Below are positions 1 to 12,300 of a stretch of 64,000 nucleotides of DNA, piece by piece (the first letter of the stretch is position 1; the number at the start of each line of letters is the position of its first letter). Location: positions 26,414,001-26,478,000 of the forward strand of contig CM119371.1 in NCBI GenBank assembly GCA_051294905.1, written 5' to 3'. The notes beneath the pieces were generated by a model. It had not been told where the DNA came from, searched no databases, and worked only from the letters and a program-made list of their open reading frames with translations. A program made the position numbers and the translations under genes. The stretch comes from Botryllus schlosseri. Its lineage: Eukaryota.

Positions 1-1491
1 TTCCAAACCAACTACCTTCTCTACCTGACATAGCCATTCGAAATTTCTCCAAGTAATTTTACCTCAACTAGCTTTGACTGACCTTGGAAATTGCTTGGTC
101 TGCTTTCGTAGAATGGACCAAATAATATATTTCTTCTGGCTCTGATTCATTAGTGTAACTATCGTGCCAACGATGTTGATATAAGTAGTTCCAAATTGAA
201 ATGGAAAACATAGTCTTGAAATTTGTCATAAATACATTTGAAACGAACACGCAGGGTCGCATGCGGATGTACCGCGGTGTAGTTGCAGCATATAAACAAG
301 GTCATTTTGTGAGGGAAGGACATCTTGACGATCTTGCTTCGCGGTTTGTATATTCCGAATTGGCTTCTGAAGTGGAGTCACGTCGCTAAGTCCTATGTAT
401 GCTAACACCATGGGTTCCCAACAGGTGGTGTGCGTACGGTACGACTAGTGGCACGCGAGTGCCGTCCGTGTTTTCAAAAAAATTCACCACGTTATATTCT
501 GTTCAGCATGTGTTTGAATAGGGTCACCATATTTCTGCCACCCAAATTGTGGACACTCTTTAGCGCCCACTAGCGGATTTCAAAATAAGTTATGACATCC
601 CAATAGCAAAGCTTTGCTCATAGACCAGAGTTGGTCACGATCCGGTTCAGGAGCAAGTGAATGTGTGTTGTGTGACCAGGAGCGAATTCATATGTTTCCA
701 GCCCCTTCCGACCAAATAAACAATGATTCTGAGCCCGCACTATAGCGTAATCGAAGCAACTTCTGGGGGGAGGAGTTTTTTCTATATGAATCTGGTTTCT
801 ATATGCATCTGGTCGGTATTATATTATTCGAATGAATTCTGTCAATAATATTGGTTGTTCCATATATTACTTTATAGATACTACTCTCCACCCATATGAT
901 CAGAGTTAACGGTAGAGCTGGCGGAGGACGATCAGTTCGAAAATACAGAGAACGCAATTGCACATCGTTAAAGGACATCTTCATCGGTTAAATCGACTTT
1001 CCCTTATTCGGTAGATATATTTCCACTGATTTTGAAAATCAATACCGTTTTGGCAGAAAATGAGTAATTTTTAAGATATCGGGCGTAAAACAGCAACCTC
1101 CGGCTGAAACGACACAAAATCGCTCGAGTGTATGATGACGTCGGATTGTGTGCAGTTTTATTTCTGTTGCTCACTTACCGAGTGCCATACGTGTATGTTT
1201 GGTGATCTGTTGGCTTGTTACTTATTTCTGTTGAAGTGATTGGCGATTTTCGCGTGTATAAAGGAATATGGACAGAGTAGATAGCAGACTATCGAAGAGG
1301 AGACGAAAAAATGGTAAACGATGCGTGGGTTACGGGTGCTCAAATGACTCTTTATACAGAACCCTAGGTTTCGTTTCCCGGAAAACAGTCTAAACCTATA
1401 AGGGACAAGGCATGGGTTGATACGGTTGGGAGAACGAGGAAACGCCAAGGAACGCCGAAAAATCATCCGTATTCTTATGTTGTGTTTTGTG

Positions 1492-1921
1492 TAGGCTTAC
1501 CATATTTTGGAAATGAAAAAAGAGGACACTTTTTCAGAAATTTGCAAGATGCAAAACCGGAGTAGAATTCTCAAAAACCGGTGAATTTTTTCCCACTTTA
1601 TAATCGGTTGACTAAAAAAAAAAAAGTCATCACTCTTCCGCTCAGAGCTCAAAATAAAGTTTTTTTCTCCACATTACCAGGTGGATGATTAAAAAAAATA
1701 AAAAAAATAAAGGTCATCTTTTCGCTCAGAGCTGAAATCACCGTTTTTCACTCCCAAATATCCGCCGGCATATCTGCGGCACATCACTTGCAATTTGATC
1801 TAAATCTTACCTAAATTTTCAAAAAAGAGGACAAAAAATTAAAAAAAGAGGACAAAAGGCCGTCCTCCGAGGACACTTTAAAAAAAGTCAAAAATGAGGA
1901 CAAATCCGTATGGTAAGCCTA
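1492..1921. mobile_element. hAT-type MITE (TAGGCTTACCATA termini, GAGGAC subterminal motifs)
   Basis: TIRs TAGGCTTACCATA / TATGGTAAGCCTA with a perfect 8-bp TSD GTTTTGTG (1484-1491, 1922-1929). Confidence 0.85.
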
Positions 1922-4327
1922 GTTTTGTGTTTCAACCATTTCAAACAGGAATGCTTTGTGCCTATAAACGATCTTCACAAGCAGGCTGGTTTTCGATATT
2001 ACCGAATATTATTAGATAAAATAACTAGGACAAATAAAGTTAAGCTGAGTTCATTCAGGAGAAAGGGTGTGAATGCTATAGGTATGGTATGCTATGATAG
2101 TAGCTATACTCATTACGATACCCTAATGCGGGGGATTATAGCAATGAAAGTGAATCCAGGTAGTGTTCGTCCTGACAGAATAAGAGTGAATCACATCATT
2201 ACCATGATTCCAATCAGCTTATGGGGACGGTGATGCATTGGAGGTGTCTTAAATATAGGCATGAACAGGAATATGGCCACATAATTATAACATCTAGCTT
2301 AGAGGCATGAGTGAATGACCCTCATTAAGGTGAAGCGGCGAGTCCGTTGCCAAGTAATTTTCTAAGACGACAACACTTTTCAGGAAGCTGAAAAACACTG
2401 CACAGAAATTTCGTCCAATTGTTATGGGGATTCTGCAAAAAAAGATACGGAAAATCCTGCCTGCGCATGTCGTTACTGCCATCCGATCAAAATTCACATC
2501 CAGTAGTTTCAAACGATTTTAATTTTGAAATGCTTCATTGTGAATGTATTGTTTTATTGAAAATAATAAATGCAACATATATAATCCATCAACACTGCTA
2601 CTCTACCAGGGAGAGAAATATATCGGGTCTTGTGTCCAGCAATAGCATAATCCCAGTTAATTTTGACTATGCCGCTACTCAAATAAAATTGGTGAACTCC
2701 GTCGTTCCTAGTCTTGATTTGGTGAGAGCAATAACTTCATTGCAGTAATCTAGAGAAGGCAGAAATATATCGCAAAGTGTTTTAACGCAGTCACATTGAA
2801 GGCAGTATTCCAAACGCGCTGACCTCTCCATCCGAAACCATGGGTTCTAACTCGGTAGGATCGAGAACGTCTAAAGTCACAAGTAGATGGATTAAAAGGC
2901 CTTGCCTATATATTTCTTTGATACCACATATAATTGATACCTTAGTTTGAAAATTTATCCGAATAGCTCCCGCTTCTAGTTGTATCACTGATATCTCTTT
3001 CCATTATCATTTAGCGTTGCTAACTAACTAGGGCTGGATTGCCTTGGCAACTTTGCACACAATCTGACGTCATACAACGCATCGCTGACTCGCAACTCGT
3101 TTTTCGTAAGGACCGGATTCTCCATATTCAACTTGGAAATTCTCTGTCATGCTGCGTTTTTCGGCTATCATTTTTAGCTATAAGTGTTCAGCATGAAAAA
3201 CTCTTCAATATAAGATAAAGTTGTATATGACGATGTAGATGACCTTTAAGTCATGTTCATGTCCTACCGAAATGATTGTTTATCAGCTTTATGCCGGTGC
3301 GCACCACGGAGCTTTATAAATACCCACATCCAGTGGTTTCCAACCTTTTATGGTCGTGACTCCATCTCCAATTTGAAAATGTTCCGTGTCCCAGATCAAA
3401 ATTTGACGAGCAGATTACTAAAAGAAGTCAGCACCTTTGCCATGACTTACGCACGGGCTATTTTGGAAGCTGATTACTTTCAACATATTCGCAAACCCCA
3501 GAAGAAAGGCAAACGACCCATACGTTTGGAACGACTATCTTTGAATAAAGCAATTAAACGACCTTACCGATCTCTAGGAATATACCGTTCTCCTATAATT
3601 GCGATTACAATTAGACTTTTTCCAGTAAATGAAGGTTGTTTTTGTTTACATTTTATTTCAGTTTTTGCGAGGTCGGTAAGTCTCCATATTTAAATAGATG
3701 AATGTGATAGTAAATCGCGCGCAGCGCGAAGAAAAATATCATGCATCAGCACAAATTTTCCAAAAAAAATTTGTTTTTATGCTGATTTACGAAAAAATTA
3801 TGAGCCTACGTCAAGTCTTCAAAATTCCTGACATTTGGCATATTTCAGAAAAACCTTTCCCGGACGCAGGTTTGAACAGTGAAATTCCGGACATGTCCGG
3901 CAAATTCCAGACGCATGGCAACCCCATGTTTGAATAGTAAAAATCCCGACTTCATGATCGGTTGGAACAAACGAACTTAGTCGCAGAGATCCTTGACAGC
4001 TAATACGCACATTTGCAGGTGTTGAGTTGCGAACGGCATCTGCGTGCGACGCCGAATCTTGTCTTGCAAATTTACACATCGCATCGCATAGTTGGTGGAT
4101 AGTAAACAGAAACAGAATTTTCATAAAATTTTGCTTTCGTGCTTAAGTGTTGTTGTGGTAGGTAAATATTATTTTGAATTAAATATGATTCGATCAAATT
4201 GTTTGTTCATCAAGAGATTGTGCTTGAGGCAGACGGCAGTACAGAGCGTCCATATAAGGTACGAAATCGATAGAAAACATGGTGCCCTGGTCTACATCAT
4301 ACCGAATGAAATATTTGTAGGCTGGCG

Positions 4328-5614
4328 CAGCACCGTAACTGCCGCACCCCAAACCCTCCAATTAGGGGGGGGCGAGCTCGAAGGGGGCCCAAAATTATTT
4401 CGTTAATTAGCATAAATCATAGAGTATTTTTTGAAAATTTATGCAATTTTTTCAGAATTTTTTCGCGCTGGGCGCGACTTCAAAAAGCCATTTATCTTTA
4501 TTATTGGGTATTGAGCCATTATCGCGCCACGACCCACCAAGACATACAATCAGGTTTTAAGCCATATAACATGAGACTCCAAGAAGTGTGCCAGAACGAT
4601 TGGCAGCGAGAAAACCTTTGCCGAAAAGGACTATGCCGTTATGTTGACCGAAGACTTCGTTATATATACAAAATACATGGAGGTTGAATTGTCCATAGGC
4701 GCCTAAATGACGGGCGCCGAATGTTCCCGTCTTGGCAATCTCAACCTCACAAGACACATGCCAACCCGCTAAGAAAAATTTTACGCCAGTGAAGAAATAC
4801 CAATTTGAAATCGTGTGCGTCTTTCAGTTTAGTACGTTGATGCGATTCTATATTTTTTGATTTATCAGACTGGAAGTCACGAAATGTCATCATTTAACGA
4901 AGTCATATCAACGGGTCCGCCCGCTCGAAGATGTTTAATTATTATTTACGGGCCCTCCCGTCTTCAAGACAATTCACGCAGCTCTGCCGGTAAATCTAAT
5001 TACGTGAGTAGAGAGGACAAGAAAGTGATAGCAATATATATGCAGTTGACGATCTGATTGACCGATTTTATCATAAATTACCGAAAATTTTCGTGCCTCG
5101 TGCTGGCTCAGTATTCAATACAGCTGATTGCGTGACAAACGCGAACAACGTGATTGTGGGGGGTCGTTTTATCATCCTATGGGTGCTCAAGACCCAAGTT
5201 TTTGGGTTCCCTGACGAGGTGCCGTTTCGTTCCTGCCAACGGGTATACGCCCGAAGATGTTTAATTACTATGGAGTGGTCCTACCTTTTCGAACAGACGT
5301 CACTCAGCTCTACCGGCAAATCTGATTACGTGAGCAGAGAGAAGATAAAAATTGATAACAATATATTTGCAATTCCCGATCATACTGACCGATTCAATCA
5401 TGAATTCTAGAATTTTTTCGCGCTTCGCGCGCTTAGGCGACCAAAGGTGACTCTCGCCCCCTCCCCAATGTAGTTGATAAGTAGCGATAAACCGGGTAAA
5501 GGCGGAGGGGGGGTCTGGGGGGTGATGCCCCCCCATAAGTTAGGTTTATCACCCGATGGGGGGCCAAGACCAACGTTTTAGGGGGGGGGCTGACGAAGTG
5601 CTGTTACGGCCCTG
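4328..5614. mobile_element. Non-autonomous hAT-type element
   Basis: Termini CAGCACCGTAAC / GTTACGGCCCTG with a perfect 8-bp TSD GGCTGGCG (4320-4327, 5615-5622). Related copies begin at ~16906 and ~56581. Confidence 0.8.
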
Positions 5615-7713
5615 GGCTGGCGTGATGAAGACAAAAATGTGATATGATATTTTTACGTTATATAAAAGTCTATCATGAGGTGGCTCTAGTAAAAAAAGCT
5701 TGGAATGTTCGAAAATACATACAGAAAAGGAGTTGCGGTTAATCCTGACAACTTCTATATAAGCTGCACAACACCAAATGCAGGTCAATTTACTCGATGC
5801 GGCATAAACTGGCAATGAAAATACCTGCATGTCCGAGCATTTCGGTGATGTGATGATGATATGAAGTAAGCAATGAGATTTCTCCGAAATCTCGCTATCC
5901 TTCGCGAACAATCATCTTGGCCACTATGCTAGACGTAGGGTACTGTGCCATTGCGGCAGATTGGAAACAATCGTCATCCTTCACCATAGCCCTATTATAA
6001 CAACATCTATATTATAATGGATCGCTCGACTTGGAGACAATTTGAGATTTCGTGCAGAAATTGGAATGAAATCGTGACGTGTTATTAAAAATGTTATTTA
6101 GTGTATTCAGTAACAGCGATTAAAATGTGTTTCTTGCCACGCCTGTCAGGCACGCCCATTTGCACCCATGCACAACTATTTATCAACAATAGGTGTATCA
6201 GAGTATGTGGTTTCTGAATTCCGTGAATATGGAATATCCCCTCCAGTTGAGAGCAGAGTTTTGAGGCTGTTATAAATTATAGTAACTTATTGTATATGGT
6301 ACATGTAGTTCCGTACTTGGAATCCGCGCACTCAAGATAACAAAAGCAAATATCGGGTTCTTAGGACGGAGAATTGACTGACTGACTGGCCGACCGATAA
6401 AAATTTGTTTGATCTGAAAATATGTAAAGACCTACCCTCAGTGACGTGCGGTGAGGTTCATGACTGGTGAGGCACGCCCCCCACATACACACACACACAA
6501 ACAAACACGCACGCACGTAACAATAGCAACGGGTATAGAGAACATTTTCTTTGCAGACTGATATCCTTTGCAATTCCATATTCTACAATACATATAGGAC
6601 TGGTCGCTATTGTGCTAAATTGGCAAGTTTAGACGGATAATAATTACTATCTCTTCAAGTACCTGTATAAATTATTCGAAGCAAATGAAAATAGTATCCT
6701 CAGTTACAAATTTTGTTCAGTAAAAAAACACCACATTTTCCAAATTTCGAAATAAAATGCACTCAGGTCAAGTCAAAATACACTAGATCTTGTGTAAAAA
6801 CACAGGAGTGGCATCACCGACCAGAAACAACGAAAACGTAGGCTATGTAAGTATAGCTTTGACATACCACAATTATAGGGGTTAAAGGTATTGCAGTCGA
6901 ACACAGCATGAAGGACACAAACAAGGACAATGAAACATATGCAAATAGCTATCACATACCACAATTTAACATAGCTATGGATGGAAAATACATAACAGCT
7001 TCATAAATAAGGGAATGTATTGGCTCCGCATTACATATATTGGCCGTCGCTACTATATAATTCCTACAAGGCTGTTGGATTCCGAAATCGATTGCGCATT
7101 TCACTGCTCTTCGATTGTCCAATTGTTAGCGAAGAGTGCATGAGGCAGATTCGTTTGTGCCTCACCTGGCCATTGTTTCTCTGCGATGGCATTGTCTGTA
7201 ATAAAGCCGAATGTCACCTTCATTAGCGATTTTTGGGGGTCCTGGTGCTCTGACACTGTTAATATTTCGATTTTTGGAATCAATGTTAGATGGCATTTCA
7301 TTGATATCAGTTAATATGAATTCCGAGCTATTTATGAAGAATTGCATTGTCGCAGATGAGGCACGTGCCGCACCTGTACCTCACCTCTCCTTTCGCGGAG
7401 TATTTTTGAATAGTAATTATGCAAATTGATGATGTTGGGTGAAAAAATGTTCAAATTTAGTTATTTAGGAACATCCATGTAAAACATCAATAATCATCGA
7501 CTTATCGAGGGTTTTCACGATTTCACTTACTCACACAGACAACAGGTGAGGCATTGCCTCACCTGCCTCATTGGAACGCACGTCACTGCCTACGGTACTT
7601 TATTTGTATGCTGCGTGTTGTTAAAACCGAGATCGAGAGAGGTGAAATCCCAATAGCACTACTCTCGTCGCAGGCAATACCTGTGGAATGTCTCTGCTCT
7701 CTACTATATAAAC

Positions 7714-8897
7714 CAGGGGTCTCCAACACGCGGCCCGCGGGCCGCATGCGGCCCGCGAGGTCCTATTTTGCGGCCCGCGACCTGATTTGAAAAAAATTCA
7801 GAAAAACGCTTAGTAAATCATGTTGAAACGCTAAAATTGATTTCAGTTGAAACATAATGTTGTTGTTTTACAAAGTGAGCCATTCTATGTGCCCACTATC
7901 ACTATTACTCACTAGTTGATACGGCTTCGGCATGGTAATATCATTCCATGGATGAAGAATTTGCTGGTACGAATGGGCATATTGCCTTGACGTGCAATGG
8001 CCCACCACTGCCAAGACCGAGACGCCTGCAAAACGACTTCGGGCGCTCCAAAAGACCATGCTTTACGAGGAGATAGTTGTCTAGCAAGTAAGCCTACCGT
8101 GTATAGCTAACCCCAATATTGATTCTTCAATCCATGGGTGGCCAATCTGCAGCAGTAGAAGGAAAATTATGCGGCTGTCGACACTTGTAATAACAACCCT
8201 AAGTTTTCGCAGATACCCCCTGCATCAGCTGTATCTGGGAATCTGATCACATTGGCCGAGAAAGGATAAATATTTTATAGTAATATGTGAAACTATACTA
8301 ATATTTATTGACGAAATTCACTCATGAACATGAAAAAATTTTCGCGCTTCGCGCGACTACAGATTGGTTATCTGTGGCTCTTTACAACATAATTACTAAC
8401 GATTTGGTGCGCATAGTAAGCCGATATGTGCATATAGATTAGTTCGGAGTGTACCGGCAATGGACATGGACATGATAACGTGGGTATTTGGCCCCAGCTA
8501 GTTTATCACGACTAACCACCGGTATGCGGCCGCAGGCTACATGAGTACGCGAAATGCGGCCGTGAATTACAAAAATGTTGGCCACTTCTGTTTTAGCGGC
8601 TAAAGAGTGTTGTCATTGTCAGGTATCGTGTACAGCTCATAGTCCAAAATATAATGACATTGATGATCATGATACTTTTTGTTGTATTTGTGTTCGTTCA
8701 ATAAAATATTAGTTCTTTTGTGGTGACTATAACCGTCGCCTATGTTAGAAAGCACAGCGTTGTAATAACGTAGAGTTATCAGACGTGGTTGTTGAACTGC
8801 GTTGCCTACTTTTATATCGATATTGATGTCATGCGGCCCGCGGCCTCCAGGAATTTGGAAAAGTGGCCCGCGACCTATTTTGAGTTGGCGACCCCTG
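7714..8897. mobile_element. hAT (Charlie-like) MITE with a probable nested MITE at ~8133-8590
   Basis: TIRs CAGGGGTCTCCAAC / GTTGGCGACCCCTG, GCGGCCCGCG subterminal motifs and a perfect 8-bp TSD ATATAAAC (7706-7713, 8898-8905). Confidence 0.85.
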
Positions 8898-9024
8898 ATA
8901 TAAACTGTCTTGAACGACCTTTGCGGCATTCAAGTCGATCCGCAACCGTGATACCAGTCCGAAGCATTTTATTTCGAAAGATGCATAAATATGTTGAGGA
9001 TCGTTTCATACGATTTTAAGAAAC

Positions 9025-9278
9025 TATAAATCCGATATTTTTCACTGTTTCATGATATGACGCAAATTACGTTAGTCACGATTGGTAAGTGATATCGTTT
9101 TGCAGAAAAGACTTGGCGTGAAAGAACAAATGACATCGCGAGCAGTGGCTTGTGACAATCAACTCATCTAATTTTTTCATGTAGGATATTAGAATTTGTT
9201 ATGAATGATATCCAAAGCACCTGTGTATAACACCGATGGTTATAGAAATGGTCATTGACGCGATGTGATTCTTTGCAG
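9025..9278 (+). promoter_or_regulatory. Putative TATA box, short non-coding first exon and 5'UTR intron of paralog A
   Basis: TATAAA at 9025-9030, GTAAGT donor at 9085-9090, and acceptor CTTTGCAG ending at 9278, 29 nt before the ATG. Confidence 0.45.
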
Positions 9279-9307
9279 TATCCTCAGAACTATTTTAATC
9301 GTAAACG

Positions 9308-12300
9308 ATGGGTAAACTGATAATTCTAATTTTGTGGGTTGGTGCTTGTGTCGCAGTCGAGCCGGACATAGTAGAACAAGAGAAATGCACACCGTGAGTA
9401 TTGCCCCTGCTAATTCAACGGTCGAATATATGTAGTTTCAATATGATATTACTTCATCGACGAGTTGTGATAATAATCTGCCCATACCTCAAGTCGTCAC
9501 ATTTACCGCCGACACATGAATGAAAATTAACAAGATGTATCAATGGTGAGGATAGTTTTTGGTGGTTGAAATTGCGTGCTGCGGCATTAGAGCTGCAAGC
9601 CTGCGTCACTAAGCATATAGCTTCCTCTTTCGCCTTTGTGTTTAGCATCAAACAAAAAAGCGGAGTTACCCATTGTTTGATAGGTCAACAAAAAGATATT
9701 ATGATAACCCTTTCACATTACGATCGCCGATTGTTTTGCTATTCTGAGCGATTACAAACAATTTGTTCAACGTGGAAGTGTTCACCCTGATGTTTGTAGA
9801 ACGGCGCATAGGTCATTGAATGCGCCGAGCAACAATGCACTGGTTAGCAATCTACTGCCGAAATCGTAAAAACAACCTATTGGGTATACGATGACATCAA
9901 TTATTGTTTTCATTTGACGTTACTGTCTATTTCCCAAAACAAATTTCCAAACGGAAACCACCCAAATGACCCAATGCCTATATCTCAAAAAAACTTCACA
10001 AATGTAGCAGCGATTATGCACGTTGCGTATCGAAGAAATGTAGTGTGCAAAATGTAGATATAACGAATGTTGTACATGTATTATTGCCATGTGCTCCAAA
10101 CATGACACGTTTGCTGTATCGCATTTACCATGCAAAACCAAGCAATATTTTCAGGAACATAGGCAGCCAAATAGAGCAACAACTGCACCTGCATTTCATT
10201 TGCATATTCGAATCATTTAGTTTCCACGTGATAAATGACATGTCGTTGGTTATTAATTCATGTCGTTTATGGGCTTGACCATCCACCAATGACCAGTGGG
10301 ATATTGCTTTCGGTGACGTGTAAACAGGGTAGCAAAATTTAATTTGATGATGTCCACAGGGGGATCATATGCGTATGTATACAATAGATGTATATTGCAT
10401 AGCATACCCATGTGATATTCAGTGAAATTTGAAACCATCGGCAATTTCCATGGTGCACATGATTGACAATGGAATGTTGTAATAATCTACGTATCAATAT
10501 GTCGTCAGACTGTTGTAATCCGTATACCTATCAATAAGTGTAATGATGTTGTAATCCATGCAGCGATGTAGTGTAGATAACTAAAGCGAGGATGGCGGTC
10601 ATGTGGGACTTCTGCTATGCCTGTAACATATCAACTGTAGTCACATATCATTATCGCCGCAGCGAATCTGACACACATGGTAATGTACAGTTCAATACAA
10701 CGTAGAAGCCGCAACTGCCATCACGGTGTTCTAAAATGTTCGAAGTAAAAGTCTTATCGGACACTTCATTTCTGTACAAACACACTGAAAAGGGGTTGTT
10801 CAGTTTGAACACATTTGAAGATTTTGGTTTAAATACCTAATAAAGAGACAGAAAGTCACTTTGCGAAAAACAAAAAGCCCAGTATGACTATAAGTCCGAA
10901 ACACTATGTCAATGAATAATCGTGTAACATCAAGCCCAACGCTAAATTTCCGACACCATATATTGCGTTTACTTGACAATAATCGCTACTTTACAGCCGA
11001 GACAGAAGAGACTCTATATACCCGGAATGCATGCAGGGAAGCGACCTAACTTTAGGGTGTGATTATTCGAATTACACCAAAATTCCTGATCCCGATCATA
11101 TATATCAAGTAAAGTCCTGTCGAAATACAATAAAACTTCTCGTCAACGACAGTTGTCTGAGCGACCTCACCGAAGGTAAATTGCAGTATGCTAAGTCGTG
11201 AAAATTCAAATCAAGTTTTGTTTATTTGTAATTTAGAGAGATATTTACTATCTTTCTTAACCATGAACCATACTAAATGGGTCCGACTATTTTTCATCTT
11301 GACGTAACGTCATCAAGATTGTATACACTACTGCGAATAAACTACTATTATATTTTATCACGATCCTGACCAACAGGATAAAAACGCAATGGAATCTAAA
11401 AATCATACAATAGTGAGAATGAGTCTTATAATTTACATCATTTTTTTCTCAAAAAGTTCAATTGCAAAATATTGTCGATTTTTTTTAAACATATCCGTCC
11501 GGCTGGTAATACCCTTCCATTCATGAAATGAAATCCGAATTTACTCGTTTACAGATCAACTAATAAAGTACGAAAACATAGAAACTTTGGATTGCGGCAG
11601 AAACAAAATTCAAATTCTCAGGAGAGGGGTATTTCGCAACAATGCCAATCTCAGAAAAATTGACATGAGTCGGAATTACATCAAGGAGATCGAGAGAGGG
11701 ACTTTCGCAGGTAGATATCGCGTCAATTTCTTCTAGAAATCACTCTAGTTGAAGTTGGACAAATCGATCAAGACAACTGCTGGGAAATTTCATTCTACCT
11801 GATCAAGAGAAGCCAATGTTACCATGAAGTATCGATTGATATGTTACCGTCGCGCTGAAGCGTTGCGTCACGAATCCCGCTTTCCTTCGAAAGGGATATA
11901 TTGTTTTGAGTGTTAGATCATAGACGTCAAATTGTGTATGTATTACGTGTATTGCGTTTTCTGACGTGATCTAAATTACTCATGTTTGCTATATTCGCGC
12001 CGGGAACGAATGAATTCCATGTTACTTTTCAGGCTTGAGTAATCTCAAGGTCCTTCTCCTGAGCAGCAACTTATTGGAGGGGATCGAACAGTCAACGTTT
12101 GAAGAGCTGGAATCATTGCAAGAACTATCTGTACATAATAATTACATAAAAGTGCTGAAGAATGGAACTTTTAGTCATCTGCGTCAGTTAAAAGTGCTGG
12201 ATTTGACAGGTGGGAACGACGAAAGCAAAAAATAATGGGGTTTTATCAGAAGTGGTTAGTAACGAATTTCATCTGATTTATCGAAGTACTCAAGTTTTTC

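Noticed and set aside
1980..2300. Mitochondrial insertion (NUMT)
   Set aside because: Reading TGA as Trp still leaves TAA/TAG stops, and no mitochondrial protein motif is recognisable.
3253..3693. 146-aa plus-strand ORF
   Set aside because: It runs into a hAT MITE-like terminus (CAGTGGTTTCCAACC at ~3331), and has no domain or splice support.
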